A stretch of DNA of 64,000 nt from Paraspadella gotoi. Lineage: Eukaryota; Animalia; Chaetognatha. The notes under the pieces were generated by a model, which worked only from the letters and a program-made list of their open reading frames with translations, was not told the DNA's origin and ran no database searches. The position numbers and the translations under genes were made by a program. Of the stretch, positions 38,401 through 51,011 are shown piece after piece; the stretch's first letter is position 1; every line of letters starts with the position of its first letter. Location: contig CM119265.1 in the NCBI GenBank assembly GCA_051294375.1, positions 286,328 to 350,327 of the forward strand, read 5' to 3'.

Positions 38401-39385
38401 AGATCTCGTCCATTAGGCGCTGGAAGTCCTGCCCCGCGTTTTTAAGCCCAAAAGGGCAGCGGGGAAAGACGTAGAGGCCAAACGGGGTAATCACCGCCGT
38501 TTTCTTGACGTCATCCGGGTTGACGGGTATTTGGTGATACCCTTTGAGAAGATCAATCTTCGAGAAGATTGTCTTCCCCTCCAACTGGGCGTTGAAGTCG
38601 GTGAGTAACTTGACGGGGTATCTATCGTCGATGGTTTGCGCGTTTAGTCTCCTATAATCGCCGCAACATCTCCATCCGCCGTCCGGCTTGGCGACGACAT
38701 GGAGAGGCGACGACCATTCAGATTTTCCGCGTTTGGCGATGCCTAGTGAAACCATCTTCTCGAGCTCCTTCTTGGCCACCGCCAACTTCTCAGGGTCCAG
38801 CCGGCGGGCGCGAGACTGGCAGGGACGCCCTTCCGTTGGAATGGAATGCGTCACGCCGTGCTTGGGTTCCTTAAGTTGAAACGTGGGTGTTGAGAGAGAA
38901 GGAAAGCTTTCGAGGAGTTTATAGAATTTTTCTCCCTTTCTATCGACAAAGTTAACGTGAGTGGTCTGTTCTGATGCAGTTGAGGCGGCTATAGTCGAAT
39001 AGTCCTGTAAATCCATTAGTAAGCCGTCTCGATGGTTAGGCGCTAGAAAATTCTCCGCCAGAAAGTCGGCGCCTAATATATGCTGTGTTACTTCAGCGAC
39101 GACGAAATCATAATTGAATTGGCGTTTACCTAACGTGACGGTTTTATTTATTGTTCCATAACAATTAATGGGAGAGCCATTTGCCGCTTGCAATTTTATT
39201 TCAGGATCTGGGCCTTGCTCACGTTGTTGTTTAGTTGGAGGTACGATAGAAAGGAGGGCCCCGCCGTCCACCAGCCACTTCGCCCGGCTCTTTGAGTCGC
39301 GGATGTAGAGTAGATCGCTTGTCGCTGGTGAACGTGATGATTGGGGGACGGCGTTCACCGCCGGCGCCCCCCTCTCCCGTTTCCC
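35450..39385 (-). CDS. pol: F5 Pol polyprotein (PR-RT-RH-IN); true stop may lie near 35530
   Basis: 1329-aa open frame containing all catalytic motifs; entered via GGGAAAC at 39379-39385. Confidence 0.95.
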   Translation of the reverse strand, partial: GKRERGAPAVNAVPQSSRSPATSDLLYIRDSKSRAKWLVDGGALLSIVPPTKQQREQGPDPEIKLQAANGSPINCYGTINKTVTLGKRQFNYDFVVAEVTQHILGADFLAENFLAPNHRDGLLMDLQDYSTIAASTASEQTTHVNFVDRKGEKFYKLLESFPSLSTPTFQLKEPKHGVTHSIPTEGRPCQSRARRLDPEKLAVAKKELEKMVSLGIAKRGKSEWSSPLHVVAKPDGGWRCCGDYRRLNAQTIDDRYPVKLLTDFNAQLEGKTIFSKIDLLKGYHQIPVNPDDVKKTAVITPFGLYVFPRCPFGLKNAGQDFQRLMDEILGDIPHTFVYLDDILVASSSPEEHLVDLERVFKTLDNNGLVVNTKKCLLGQESLEFLGFLVDKNGVRPLPERVQTLRETTRPTTVKELQRFLGMINYYRRFVPKVAHRCTPLYEALSGKPKALNWTDECERAFESIKEGLIQAALLHHPRTGAQLCITTDASDHAVGAVLEQRGPKGWEPLAFFSAKLAKNQRLWPPFDRELFGAFRAVRHFRHWIEGRTFTIYTDHQSLIPALKKKSEPQTARQAYQLSVIAEFTTDIRYLKGKANVVADALSRPNTSATAASSTQQPQQQPQRQAEDDQTRVKIANVDVDNKDDATTTTSEENERLEDKTDRPIKPNRLEDAQAVINSLTTFEINFEQMAREQALDSDYQRISEEARSGLTFRKIQVGDEQLLVDISNGPARPFVPAAWRRKIFDTIHGLGHPGIEATKKAITSKFVWTNIKQDVTKWARECTDCQRSKVTRHTIPEIGEFKIPPRRFQHLNLDLVKMPVSNGYKHLLTVVDRFSRWPTAIPLRDTLTTTILDALSHEWISNFGVPAVITTDRGTQFNSALWRQLTRQWGIKHSMTTAYHPQANGLVERFHRRLKESIMALARNERENWYWKLPLTLLAIRTTVKEDIGASAADLVFGEGLAIPGSILGENQADDANLQRHRRNQLASLRVEVARLQPTSTSAHHRPATHIPADLETAQFVFVKKAGVNPPLVPPYEGPYRVVNRNGLNMTIEIPSTGREVVNIARVKPAFISEDSLETSEPEERQRRPQGRQPGVRTRIPASTSRTTRSMRENARSPSPPPLSPLSPPPPPPPPPPTNFPSSPQNPLPPPDPQTSPFHFFLPASSSPGVLRSTTQIANQKEGEKNNNNNSASENEPTWRFSKPTAGNFSNRQAGNGKKQLRQLEGGNNNNNNNKEQSKQNENNYNNNNKNERPTYAIVLKEMLRRQQNDNNNNNKNNKSPVAAHADSRNRLVHLPPSASSVLIPTADQML

Positions 39386-40431
39386 TCTTGCTGCTTTTTG
39401 GTCTCGTTGAACTTGGCGCAGCCAGGTTCGCACGACCATGCTGCGTCACCAAACTTCACGTGCTTGTTGCAGAGGGTCATGAGCTTGCTCTTGGGCTTTG
39501 CCTTTGACTGGTTGAACTTTCTCTTCCCTTTGTCGTTTTTCTTAAACGCGCCGAGTGAATAGATGGCATCGTCGTCGTCTGACGTCGATGATTGACGGCT
39601 GCGTTGATTGTTGTCGACGCTGTTGATGAGTGAGGTCGCTTGGCGGGTCTTGAGGTTACCCTCGCTGTCGAAATGGCGGTCGGCTAATTGACAGAGGTCG
39701 CTCGCTGACAAATCGTCCGCCTTATCCTCTACTTGGCGCCTGATCTCGGTTGGCAGTTCCCTCATGATCTTCTCTTTCCTTAAATCATCGATGGTAACTG
39801 TTTTGGTTTTTTCCTCCAACCTGGCGAGCATCTTTGATGGTTTGAGGCCTTCAGCGTCGAGAGAATCGAGGAGATGAGCTGCCTGTTGCCTCCTCGTTAG
39901 GCCATATTCTTTTCTCAGATAAGTGAGAAATTGACTCCATGTTAGTTCGGTGGCCTCACCGAACAGATATTGGTTTATCTTTGGATCAGTGTTGACGCCA
40001 ATCTTCGATTCAAGATGAGCAAACTTACTCTTAGGTGCAGATATTCCAGCGCGCGTGTAGGCGGCTTCCACTCGCCTTATCCATATCTCGATGTTTGAAA
40101 CGTCGAAGTCTGGTAAGTCCGGTTTTCTATTTGAAGCTCTTTCTAGAGCTCTGGTCGCCGCAGCTAAAGCAGCGCGCAACTCCTCGTTTTCGCCGCGCAG
40201 ATCTCTGTCGTCGGCGTCGTTTGTCGCCATGTCGGCGTTGGCGAAGTTGGCTGGGTCGATTTGCTGGAAGTTGAAAGTTTGCGCTGGATCGATGACGTTA
40301 GGAGAAGTAGATCTGGAGCCTCGTCCTCTACCGAATCCCGGAGGTATTTGGAGGGTCGCTGGCTCTGCTCGTTGCTCGTCGACGTCTCTCTGGGCTGAGC
40401 GGAGTCGATATCTTGCTTCTGATTCGCTCAT
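39355..40431 (-). CDS. gag: F5 Gag (CHCC)
   Basis: Starts MSESEARYRLRS; knuckle CNKH...CEPGC. Confidence 0.92.
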   Translation of the reverse strand: MSESEARYRLRSAQRDVDEQRAEPATLQIPPGFGRGRGSRSTSPNVIDPAQTFNFQQIDPANFANADMATNDADDRDLRGENEELRAALAAATRALERASNRKPDLPDFDVSNIEIWIRRVEAAYTRAGISAPKSKFAHLESKIGVNTDPKINQYLFGEATELTWSQFLTYLRKEYGLTRRQQAAHLLDSLDAEGLKPSKMLARLEEKTKTVTIDDLRKEKIMRELPTEIRRQVEDKADDLSASDLCQLADRHFDSEGNLKTRQATSLINSVDNNQRSRQSSTSDDDDAIYSLGAFKKNDKGKRKFNQSKAKPKSKLMTLCNKHVKFGDAAWSCEPGCAKFNETKKQQEGNGRGGRRR

Positions 40432-41699
40432 TGACGTTGTCGAGGTGATCCAAAGGCGTAAGGGATATGGGACCAAAAGAAAATTGTGTTAGCGAGCGGA
40501 TGGCTTCGCTTAAATTTTCAATTTCATCCGATCTTACCTCGAGGGTGATTGGATTCCTCCTGGGTCCCGTTCCTTAGCTTGAAGGTTGGCTGAGACTCGT
40601 CGTCGGAGTCACCAAGTGTGGCAGGACGTCAGAGGGCAGGTTAGCTTCAGATAACCAGTAAAGGCATATTATGCTATACGTACAATATTACAATTTTTTT
40701 GTTTGCTGCAGACGTTCTCACAGTCGTGACTGGCGCATCCTGATGCCTCCAACGCGACGGTCTCGTTTGGCCGGAGAGAAGTAGTTCCGACGCGAAAAGA
40801 GGACGATTTCCCTCGCCGGAATGGAAGCGCACGAGTCCTGCAGTGTTGAATGTCGATTCACGATTGGCTGAGTTGGCAAAGTTTGGCAAATAAAAGCTGA
40901 CTTTGATAAAATTTAGATAACGATAACAATTCATCAAATCATCGTTATTTATCATAAATTACATGACACATAACGTATTTAGCATAATATTCGTCACAAT
41001 TATATATCTCGCAAACTTCACAAGAAAATAATCCCTTATCTTTCAAACGACAAAATGCAAAATAGATTAAAGCAAATATTTCATTTCATTAACTGCGCCT
41101 CTTAAACGGCTTGCCTGGCTCCGCGGCGGCCGTGAAAGGCTGATCCAGACAAGCAGCGCGCAACCAACCAAATTAGGCGAAACCGGGGCGCGCCACCGAC
41201 GACGTCGGCGGTGAAGGAAAATCGGCGCCGAAACATTTTCGATCGTGAATTTATTTCGGTCTCAGAGTCAAAATCTTTCGAATATGATCATGTAAAACCG
41301 AAGTTTAAATTTCAATTTATCCTTTAAACAATGAAACATTCAGTTATTGTTAACCGATTTTACAAATATTGTCCTCATTTCTTTTGCAGCTTTTTTACCT
41401 AAGAAAACTATTCTTCGACTCTGGAATTTGTCATCTCATTTTGAGACTTTATAACAAAATAATAAAAACAGTCCGCAAGTTCGTAATGTTCATATGACGT
41501 TTGGCCGATCTTTACGTCTTTGTCAACATATGAAAATTAAAAGGAATAACAAAACTAATATTAGCAGGATAACAACAAACCAACGTTGAGACAAAAAATA
41601 TATATCATATTTTAACGATTGCCCTAGCGAAATTCGATGCTCAAAACAGAAAAAGTTGTAATATTGTTTTCATTGTTTTTTGTATTGTTTTTTGTTGTG

Positions 41700-44600
41700 G
41701 CGAAATCAGGGAGAGGAATTGATCGCGCAATCCTTCTCAGTTTTCTCCTCCGATTCTCGCGGCGCCTCCATTCTCTGTTCTCTCCGGCAAAAGCCCAACC
41801 CGCCGGGATTCGCATCATTTTCCGGCATCGATTTCCGCGGAATTATTCCGTGAATCGCTTCGCGATGGGATTCGAGCTGGAGCTTAGACGCCGATCCTCC
41901 TGGCGTTACTTCAGACTGGGACAGGGTGTCGAGTCGGTTTCCGGGATCGATTCCACGCCAGAGTTTCCGGGAGCGATTTCGATGCAGAGTTTCCGTGCAG
42001 ATTGTGCAGCCGTGATTTCAGGATGACATCTGGTTTTTCAAGCGAGCAGACTTTTTGTCTAGAGTCGAGCCGGGTTCCCCTGTCGGAATTTGGAGCGCCC
42101 GAATTTTAGGACCGGGATTTGGGCCGAGAAAACGGCGTCGAATTTCCGGACGGCGCCTTCTCGGCGTCGCGCGATTTATTCGAGAAATTCGATATATCGG
42201 AGAGAACGTCGAGATTCGTCATCTCGGGAAGAACGCCGAAAACCTGGTGTCATGAAAAGGAAAAACAGAATGTTATGTGCAGAAAGAGGAATGAATGTCA
42301 TGAAATAGGAAATGGAATGTCAAAAAAAGGAAAAAGTTAATGTCATAAAATGGATAGCGGAAGCGTCCTAATAGGAAACAATGTCATAAATTTTATTTTT
42401 TTAAATGTCCCCCAATAAAAAGGAAAAAAAAAAACAGAATGTTATAAAAAAAGGAACAGAATGTCAATAAAAAGGATCTATTTCAATATATTTAGCAGAT
42501 TAAGATTATTTCGGGCCTTTCTTTTTTTTTTTTTTTTTTTACTTTAAGAATACTTCTATAAATGATTAGTTTTCCAATAAATAATTTAATTTAGTTTTTT
42601 TCAATTTGTAGTATTTATTAAAGTATTTGCTAGAAATAATAAGAGAAAACATCAAAAGCTAGGAGAATAAATGTTAACTGCTACAATATGCAAAGTGTGC
42701 ATTGAAGAACGCGAATGTTAAGCTTTTAATAGTAAGCTTAGAACTAATGTTAGACTCACTGGAACTCTGTTCCTGAATTCCATCGCAGTCCAAGAGACCG
42801 CTTGTGGTTTGTTGACGCAAGGCAGAGGAGCAGGAAGGGCGTCGAGCATCCGGGCATCTTGTAAATTCGCACTCTGGAAAGGAGATTTTACATTATTAAT
42901 TGCTACAACGTATACGCATTATCAGATTATATTGTAATTCTATAATTACGTTACTATGCTTTAAATGAATATTTAATATTTAAAAACAACGTTGGCCAAT
43001 GAGCATGATGCAAAACAAGGCCGAATTCCCACTGTCAAGTTTTGACGTACCTTTATAACATCTCAATTAATCATAAACAAAACCTACCTGAGAAAAGAGA
43101 AAGTATAAAAAAAGGCCATTCTTATTTTTGTACAAGAGAAGAAGACGTGATTAGAATTTTGTGGAACAATTAAAAGCGGTTAATTGCAGTCCCTAGACAA
43201 ACTTTTCAAGAATTACTTAGAAAAAAAAAAAAACCCCAGGAAAAATCATAATATGGCGGTTTATGATGAAGGCGGAAATTTATTGTAGAGAGCTCTACGC
43301 TGCGATTTCTGGCTTGGAAACGGTGAGTGGTTAAGTTCAAGTGGAAATTGGAGTTCAAAAATAACCCATGAGAAGTGTGGACCCAGTGAATTGGGCGAAG
43401 CTGCTGACGGAATTTAACAACGGTACAGCACTATTAGTGCCTCAGAATCAATCTGATAGACGGGAGGGCTTGATGAAGCACCAACACCTTTGTTAAAGAG
43501 GTGACGTAAGGGCGATGCCTTAAAGGGATTCTTTCAACTAAACGTGACTGGCAAGATGTACCAGTGATGAGGGCTGAAATTTATTGTAGAAGAAGCTCAC
43601 CTCGATTTCTGCTTGAAATGGTTAGGGTAAGGTCAGTGGAAAATTGGAGTTTTTTAATAAAGTTCTTGTAATAATCAAGCTCAATCTGCAGCAAAAAAGC
43701 AAAGGAACGGCCAAAGGCATCACAAATCATTGTATCTGCCTTAGTTAAGGAAGCTGAGGAAATATGGGCATAAATAAAAAAAAACCTGACTCTGGCTAAT
43801 ATTTTATTGTATCTGTGATCTGACTTAAGTTATACTTTGATTACATTGTCATAAGTGTTTATATATGATTAACTGCACGTATACTGAAATAAGCTTGTTA
43901 CATTCCAACATTTCATCGGTCAAAGTATATTGTCCAACAGTTTATCAAGCAGTAAAATGTATAGTTACTATTCTTAAAATCTAAAGTGCTTAGATTAAGG
44001 CAAATGTGATGCCATTGACTGAGTCATACTATTAACTAAGTAGATATTTATTAAATCAGGTCATACATCAACGAATTGGTTAATAATTGATACATCACAT
44101 TTTAAGTGCTTATTTGGCGCGAAGTAGTGGATTAGTATATTTTTATCTTGAAGATAGATATTCAATAATTATAAATATATATTATCACAATTATGTATTT
44201 AATAGTATTTTCACCATATTTGTGCAACGATCAATCAAAATTTTCAAACAGAATCTCATGTATCTCGGAATGTCCCCCAACTTATCATCCGGCATCTCGT
44301 GAATCTTTCTAAAGCCCTCAGTCTGTCGGGCGACGTAAAGGAAATACTTCGGGTCTAAACTTCGTAGATGCAAAGAGAGAAACCCCACAAGTCATTACTT
44401 CTCTTATTTAATCTTCGCCGTTAACAATCTTCTGTTTCGTCTATGTCTAATCTATATCTGTAAATGTAAAAATCAGTTCTAATTTGAATAGTACGTGTAT
44501 TTCATTTGCGTCAACTCGCGTTAGTAATCTTTGCCAGTGTCAACACTGAGATTCGCATTTCGACCACGCATATAATCTTATCTAGACAGCTCTCAGACAA

Positions 44601-47600
44601 TTGAGGAGCAATGAATTCGTCATGTTCGCTTCAATACTGAGAGGCTCTAACTACGCGACTTACCCGTCGAAGTCTCACACAATTCACGGATTATATTCGG
44701 ACTTACTTAGCGACGGTTTATAGGTAGTGTTGACGCGAGTCTGTTCTGAGATTGTGTACTTACCTCGGTCGTTCAGAGACACCACTCATTACCTTATAGG
44801 CGGATTTGAATTATACTCCACGGTGTGTGTCGACACGACATACTTAATATCACGATTTCATTTACGTCGTCAGCTGTACCATCTTCTCTCAGATGTATGT
44901 AATTTGGCGTATAGAGCCGTTTAATGACACAGCAATTACGAGGGATAGAGTCCAGGCCGTGGATGGATAGTAGATAATGGATTGTCGCACTCTTCGTACC
45001 ACACATGACGTCCTCCTCCATCTTTTCCAAACGCTATCAGAAATTTAGGTCTAGTACAATAGTTAATTATAGACATCGCGTCAACTTGACGTCTATTACG
45101 ATCAATATTCTAAAATTCTTACTGACCATTTCCCGCTGAAATCGCAGTGAATAGTCTTTATACAGACATCTTTTTGCATCAACCCTATTAATATTACTGA
45201 GCCATGCTAGCTGAGAGCACTCAAATATTATGCCTAACGTCTGATCGAGGGCTCATTTTTTTTCGAGGTTTGTTCAGCGGTAGATCCATTGCACTGACAG
45301 TAGCTGTGCAATTGAGACGTCAACGCCTTCAAATCCTTGTACATTTCAGACTGTAGGAAATCTGGACCTCGAATAAGTATGTTAGGTATATACTAGCCTA
45401 CCATCACTCGCGGTGGCATCTTCCATTAGTATGGTCTTTATACCACTTGAGATTCCTATGGTAATTACGGATATTCTTGTCGATACGAATCTATATTGAA
45501 GATGTACTCCGTCAAAGACGATTCTATCTCCGGGAGTAAAATCATCAGATTATTATTTCAAAACTCACGCTTCTCATAGCGCATCCTCATGCTTCATATC
45601 AGCAGATTGTATTTCGCGCTATCTATATCTTCTCTCTCAGTAACTTTTTAGATAACGATCGAGAGTTTCACCGATACTTTGGTCATGAATTATACTTTCA
45701 CTTTCTGAACAAATCACCACTTGATACTCATTTATTACTCTGATGTCACGGATAGTCCCCAGTCATTCAAGCATTAATCATACATCTCATCGGAGGCTCG
45801 AGTAATGAACGACTACATAGGTCATCCATTAAGCTTTTCTGCACGCTTGGCATCATTTATAGATCAAGTCATTACTTAGAAATTATATTAAATAACATAA
45901 TCATATTAAAATATATAAATGATGACAGCAAGCAAATAAATGGATAAATTAATTTGATCATTAATGATTTAGATATATGTTACACACCGATGAAAAATAA
46001 TTTTACACGTATAGTGTGATTCCCCAAAACAGCTTCGAATTTATATTAACCACATCTATTGTCATAGATCACACCAAATTCAGAAATATGTTATGTCAGT
46101 GCTGAAAGGGTGTTCGTTTACTCTAGGTGTATACACTTTTCACTGTAAGAGGAAAAGAAGGCTTTAACCCTCCATTGGTGCCATAGTCCATTGTCCATAA
46201 CGCCTGTCCAAAGTCAGAAGCAAACAAGCTTCTTCATTGAATGAAGGATACCAATAATTATGTGTTCAACGCAAGTGTTCTATATGAGTTTACCGATTAA
46301 GGCTATTATCATTTATATCTAAACCTATCTACCCCGCTAATTTATAGTGAATTTCTCCGGTAATATATCCTTCCAAGTTCGTCGAGTCGCAAGATACCTG
46401 GATAAAAAAATAGGCGAAATACATTCACTGACCACGTCCATAAGACTAGCCACTAAAAGAGACTTTTTGAAGCCATCTCATAAATCGTAGACTATCTCTC
46501 TTCATTCATGGTACGATACTGCAACGTACAGATTCGGATGCGCTGTAATATATTCGCGTCCATTCCGCGTATATCTTCTAATAAGTCTTTATATAGAAGT
46601 CTCTTGCGTCATATATATATCTGTAGACGAATTAAGGAGACTACGGACCAAAGATATGTTATATCTCCAGGTGCCTACCAACTGACCCACGCTATTCTAT
46701 ACGAGCACATTAAACCTTCATCCCTTGTATCCATTACCGACATCCCACATGATTTGTTACTTCCGCGTGTAAAATCTGCCATGATGTCAACTCGTCACAA
46801 CGTTTTATTCATTACCAAACGACGTTTGTCCCGAATATATATTGGGTCCAACTAGTTTATATGGTGTATATCTGACCAATTTATGAATGCTTCGGTACAG
46901 CGTAACTTGGTACGCTTCCATATATTTCATACCTTCGATCTTCATACTTTTCGGAAGCAGTCGACTCGAGACATTTTCATAGTTCATATTTCTTTGCCCT
47001 CACCACGGTTCCGATTTACTCTAAGTAATTTCCAACAACTCTTCCTCGCACGCAAACGAGCGTTGAATTCCAGCCAAGCTAAAAAGCTGAGACGAGCGAA
47101 TTTCGTCGGGGCGGTCACGAGTCCGGGACAAGACGCGGATAACGAGACTAAATCCTTATTAACATTTCCGATACTCAGGACCTAAAAAGAAGCTGCATTA
47201 ACTCACCAAGCGTCTTTCCCATTAAAATCGTCTTGTGCTCAGTCTCGCCAATTAGACTCGGCGATAAAGACGGTTGAACGACAGTCCATCAAAGACCCGC
47301 CGGTTTTCTTGTTGGTTAAATCCTTTAAATAATTATAAAATCGTGCTTCCTGACGCGCCATACCAGAGCGTCGATACGAAGAAATGAATCCGCATTTTCA
47401 TTTTTTTAAAACCCGTTTATTTAGAATGAGGGACCGAGACTGACACCGTTTCTGTCACGACTTCCATACTTTTTTAATGCCACTGATGAAGCCAGCCGTT
47501 TGACAGGAATCGGCGCCAGTCAACTGATGGCGATATTCTCATCCAGATGGAGTGAAAACCAGGTAGTGGTCAAATTGTTTTCCATGCGCACAATCTTTTT

Positions 47601-49320
47601 TTTTTTAATCACGAAAGATTTAAAGAAACGGAAATTTTAAAGGGATCTGGAATTTATTTTATGGCGGTAGATGTAGGGTTATACAAACATGTAATTATTT
47701 ATTATTATTATTTATTATTTATTCGAGGAGATGAATTGCGCAGAAATAAAATTAAAAATGAAATTACAATGTTATTGATAAAGGAATTCGAAAATGAGGG
47801 AATTGAATTTTTATGCTGGTATTTTTTTTTAATTCAAGAAAATAAAACCAAGACTTTCGATCTTCGAATAACAGTTTTTTTTGTAGCAATAAAGAAAAGA
47901 GAAGAAGAAGAAAATTATTTCTTTAACAAGTTTATATAAAATATATAATCCACATCTTATGTAAATTTTCACTAATAAGGAATTACTGTGCTAAGTAGAA
48001 AAAACACTCATTTCCAAATTTAAAACAATTAAAAAATAATCCACACCTGTTTCCTACAACTGAAAGCATTTGAATGTAGATATGGTGTGAAAACGTTTGC
48101 CGATGTTCGAAGTGGGCGAATCCACATTTGGTTCCATTGTAGACATTTTTGACCTTAAACTTATTGTTGTGTAAGTTCAGCAATCGAAAACAATTTAGTG
48201 ATGAAATAAAATAATCTGAAAAAGCGAAAGTAATTTTCATAAAAATTTAGTGATAGAAAAAGAATCGAGTAAAGATTTAGAGAAAAAAATTTAAAAAGTC
48301 GGCTTAAAAAAAACAAGAACATTGTCATAAATAAAAATGAGTAAAATATCACCGATGTCACAATTGATATAAGGAGACGAGCGTTGTTCGATTCCATTGG
48401 TCAGTATAATTTCTCGATTTCAACCTGTCACTCAAAACGTCGACGAACACCCGGTTAAATATAACGTTAATAATGTTTCCGATTCAATTTGTGGAAACAT
48501 TTATTTATTTCGCAGACTCGGTTCATATGCCGATCCTTTGATTAGTGATGACACTTTCAATTCTTGTTCATGACAGAATGGATCTTATCATGTCTTATCA
48601 TTCTTAGTCATGTCAGAATGGTTCTATATCATGTCTTATCATTCTTGTCATGTCAGAATGGAATCTTATCATGTTTATCAATTCTTGTCATGTCAGAATG
48701 GATCTTATCATGTCTTATCATTCTTGTCATGTCAGAATGGTTCTTATCATCGATCCGTAGGAAGATGCCACTGCCCAAATGTAGGAAAGCTATCGAAATA
48801 ATCGTCTACTCTTCGTGAACATTTTTTTAGTCAATTAGTGACGCATGCAAAATATTTTTTTTGTTGAAAGTAACCAAAAAAAATATTTTACCACTTTTTA
48901 ATCTGGGAACCTGTCGGAGATCATTCTCCTCGTTTCCATGCATCTAATCTTCCGAAATCCTTCCATCTGGTTCCGCTTGATGACGAGAGAGAGATCTGCC
49001 GGATTTTAGTTTGAACTTTCTTCTTGACTCCGTTGGTGAAAGCCCGAGCGAAATCGTCGCACCAATCGATTCCGAGACAACCTCCTCGTTGAGATTCCGG
49101 GAAAACAAGATGTGTTCGAAACGCTGGAGTGGATCGTCGACTTGGTCTCGGCCATTTATAAAGTACTGTATGTAATTATTGGCCTGAAAAATAGGTTGTC
49201 AGCATTTTCAATAATTTATGAATTGGTAACCCAATATAAAAATAATCCATTCCATTTAATACTAACCTATTAGGACTAAGCTCTGACGAACATAAAGCCC
49301 GAAGGTTTTTTTATAATTCT
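41700..49320 (-). CDS. Probable scattered exons of an unidentified host gene (e.g. ~41700-42245, 42760-42875, 47205-47325, 48910-49183)
   Basis: GC-richer blocks bounded on the minus strand by pyrimidine-AG acceptors and GTGAGT donors, set in AT-rich intron-like DNA. Frames are broken by indels. Confidence 0.35.
42250..42475. repeat. Degenerate ~21-23 bp minisatellite (GAATGTCATAAAAAGGAA-like)
   Basis: Repeated AATGTCA(T)/AATGTTAT...GGAA units. Confidence 0.6.
48558..48750. repeat. ~40 bp minisatellite, ~5 copies (TTCTTGTCATGTCAGAATGGATCTTATCATGTCTTATCA)
   Basis: Direct reading. Confidence 0.85.
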
Positions 49321-49369
49321 TATACCGGCCAAGGTAAGAATGATGGCAATATTGTTAATATTAAGTTCG

Positions 49370-49546
49370 AGAAAACAAAGTTTGGTTTGTTTGTAAACAA
49401 CGATTTTTATTCACAATTGGGACATGTTCGGCTTTTTGCCTTTAAGGCCTTCATACAGCGCTTGATGAAGGCTTAAAGCAGAGCCGAAACATGTCCAACA
49501 TTGTGAATAAATAATCGTTGTTTACAACAAACAAACTTTGTTTTCC
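49370..49546. mobile_element. Palindromic relic of a Penelope-like pseudo-LTR with minimal hammerhead motifs
   Basis: ~175 bp inverted repeat; TGATGA-AGGC..GCC-GAAACATGTC followed by AATAAA. Confidence 0.6.
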
Positions 49547-49794
49547 TCTAAATAATTAAATTACAAATGGGAAAAAGAAAGGAAATAATTATATTAAGTT
49601 CAAAAAATCCAACCATAAAATATAAGAAAATATTACCAAAATCTTTGGAAAAATCCACCCCTTCTTTGGAAGATTTTCGCCATAGAAAGATTTTTCAGAA
49701 TCTGACGCCGGTTTTGAAACTCTTAGAATTCCGAATTGTTAGCTCCTCTTTTACTTTTACTTGAACGATAAACCTACATTTCCAAACTGGCCTA

Positions 49795-50447
49795 TGTGGC
49801 AGGTTGACTGAGTCTAGCCACAGCGTGACGAAGGGACTGGCAAACTGAACGTCAGAGTCCTAAGACGTTGATGAGGATCATTACTATGATCAGTAGCAGC
49901 GTTGCAGGGAAGGTTTGGCGTATTGAGAATTAATCTTTTAATTGATTATTTATTATCGATTACTTTCACAGATTAAAAAAGTCGATTTATTTCAGAGACT
50001 TGTTTCATCGATGTTGAATTGATTTATTTCATTCACTTCATTTAGTTTAATTCATCTTTCTTATAATGTACTTATTACATTAGATGATTAAATAAAAACA
50101 AGGTTTGTTGAGTGAGGTAAAAGTATTATTTAATTCAAGATGATCGATTTTTAATAATCGAATTAACAATTTAAGATCTTTGATTTTATCTTGAGCTGAG
50201 GTATCAAGACTGAAATTATTCAGTTAAAGATTCAAAAGGTAAACAAAATCTGTAACAAATATAAAAGGTTTTAACAGAGAGCCCTCGTTGAAAACAGATT
50301 AATTCTAAGTAAAACAAAAGATTCGAATCTGTTTTAAAGTTATAAATAGGAGAATTCGAATTTGATTTTTCAGTTGTCTGGGTAGCCTCTGGCTGTAATT
50401 TCCAGACAGCAGCGCTCAGGATCCAGGATCGAATCTGGCCGAGGTGG
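49795..50447 (-). repeat. F6 LTR (most of it), ending against non-telomeric DNA
   Basis: Near-identical to 61209-61860. Confidence 0.9.
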
Positions 50448-50472
50448 NNNNNNNNNNNNNNNNNNNNNNNNN

Positions 50473-51011
50473 TGATCGATGGTCATGCAACTGGAACGTC
50501 TAGTTCTAAGATGATATCTCTTTTAGTTGATCACGTGATGAGATTCATAGCAGGGAAGGTAAGGCGTTTATAATTCGATTTGATTGGTAAAATTAATTGA
50601 TTTTGTTTTTATCGAATTCGAGTTTTAAAATGTTCTCATTGATTAATGTATTTGATTACATTTAGAAGAAGAATTAAAAACGAGATTTAGAGTAATAAAA
50701 ACATGTTCTTTGATCAAGATTAAAAACCAGTCTGAATCAGCTTCAGAAAACAATCAATAAAGTAAGCAATCAAAAGAGAAAAACAAAAGTCATCTATAAC
50801 GACATCTCTTGAGAGTTAGATGAGTTGAGAGAAAACAAAAGGTTTCGTTTTGTTTTAAAGTTTTAAATAACGATTTAACAGCTTAGATTTTGTGGTCGTC
50901 TGGATGGCTTAAGTCGGTGACTGAATCGTCCCAGGCCCTTAGGTTCCAGGTTCGATCCCTGGGAGCGGATAAGTTATTTCTTAATTGATCTAACTTCCTG
51001 AGGTGACCGCA
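50473..51011 (-). repeat. F5 LTR (partial), start abutting telomeric array
   Basis: Near-identical to 34670-35206. Confidence 0.9.

Larger units (their letters stand above)
34628..40656 (-). mobile_element. Gypsy family F5 with intact gag and pol, complete 3' LTR (34628-35206) and 5' LTR stub (40617-40656)
   Basis: PPT 35207-35215, PBS TGGTGACTCCGACG at 40601-40614, uninterrupted ORFs. Confidence 0.95.

Noticed and set aside
43262-43652. ~90 bp direct repeat pair about 300 bp apart
   Set aside because: No termini, TSD or coding signal; likely a local duplication.
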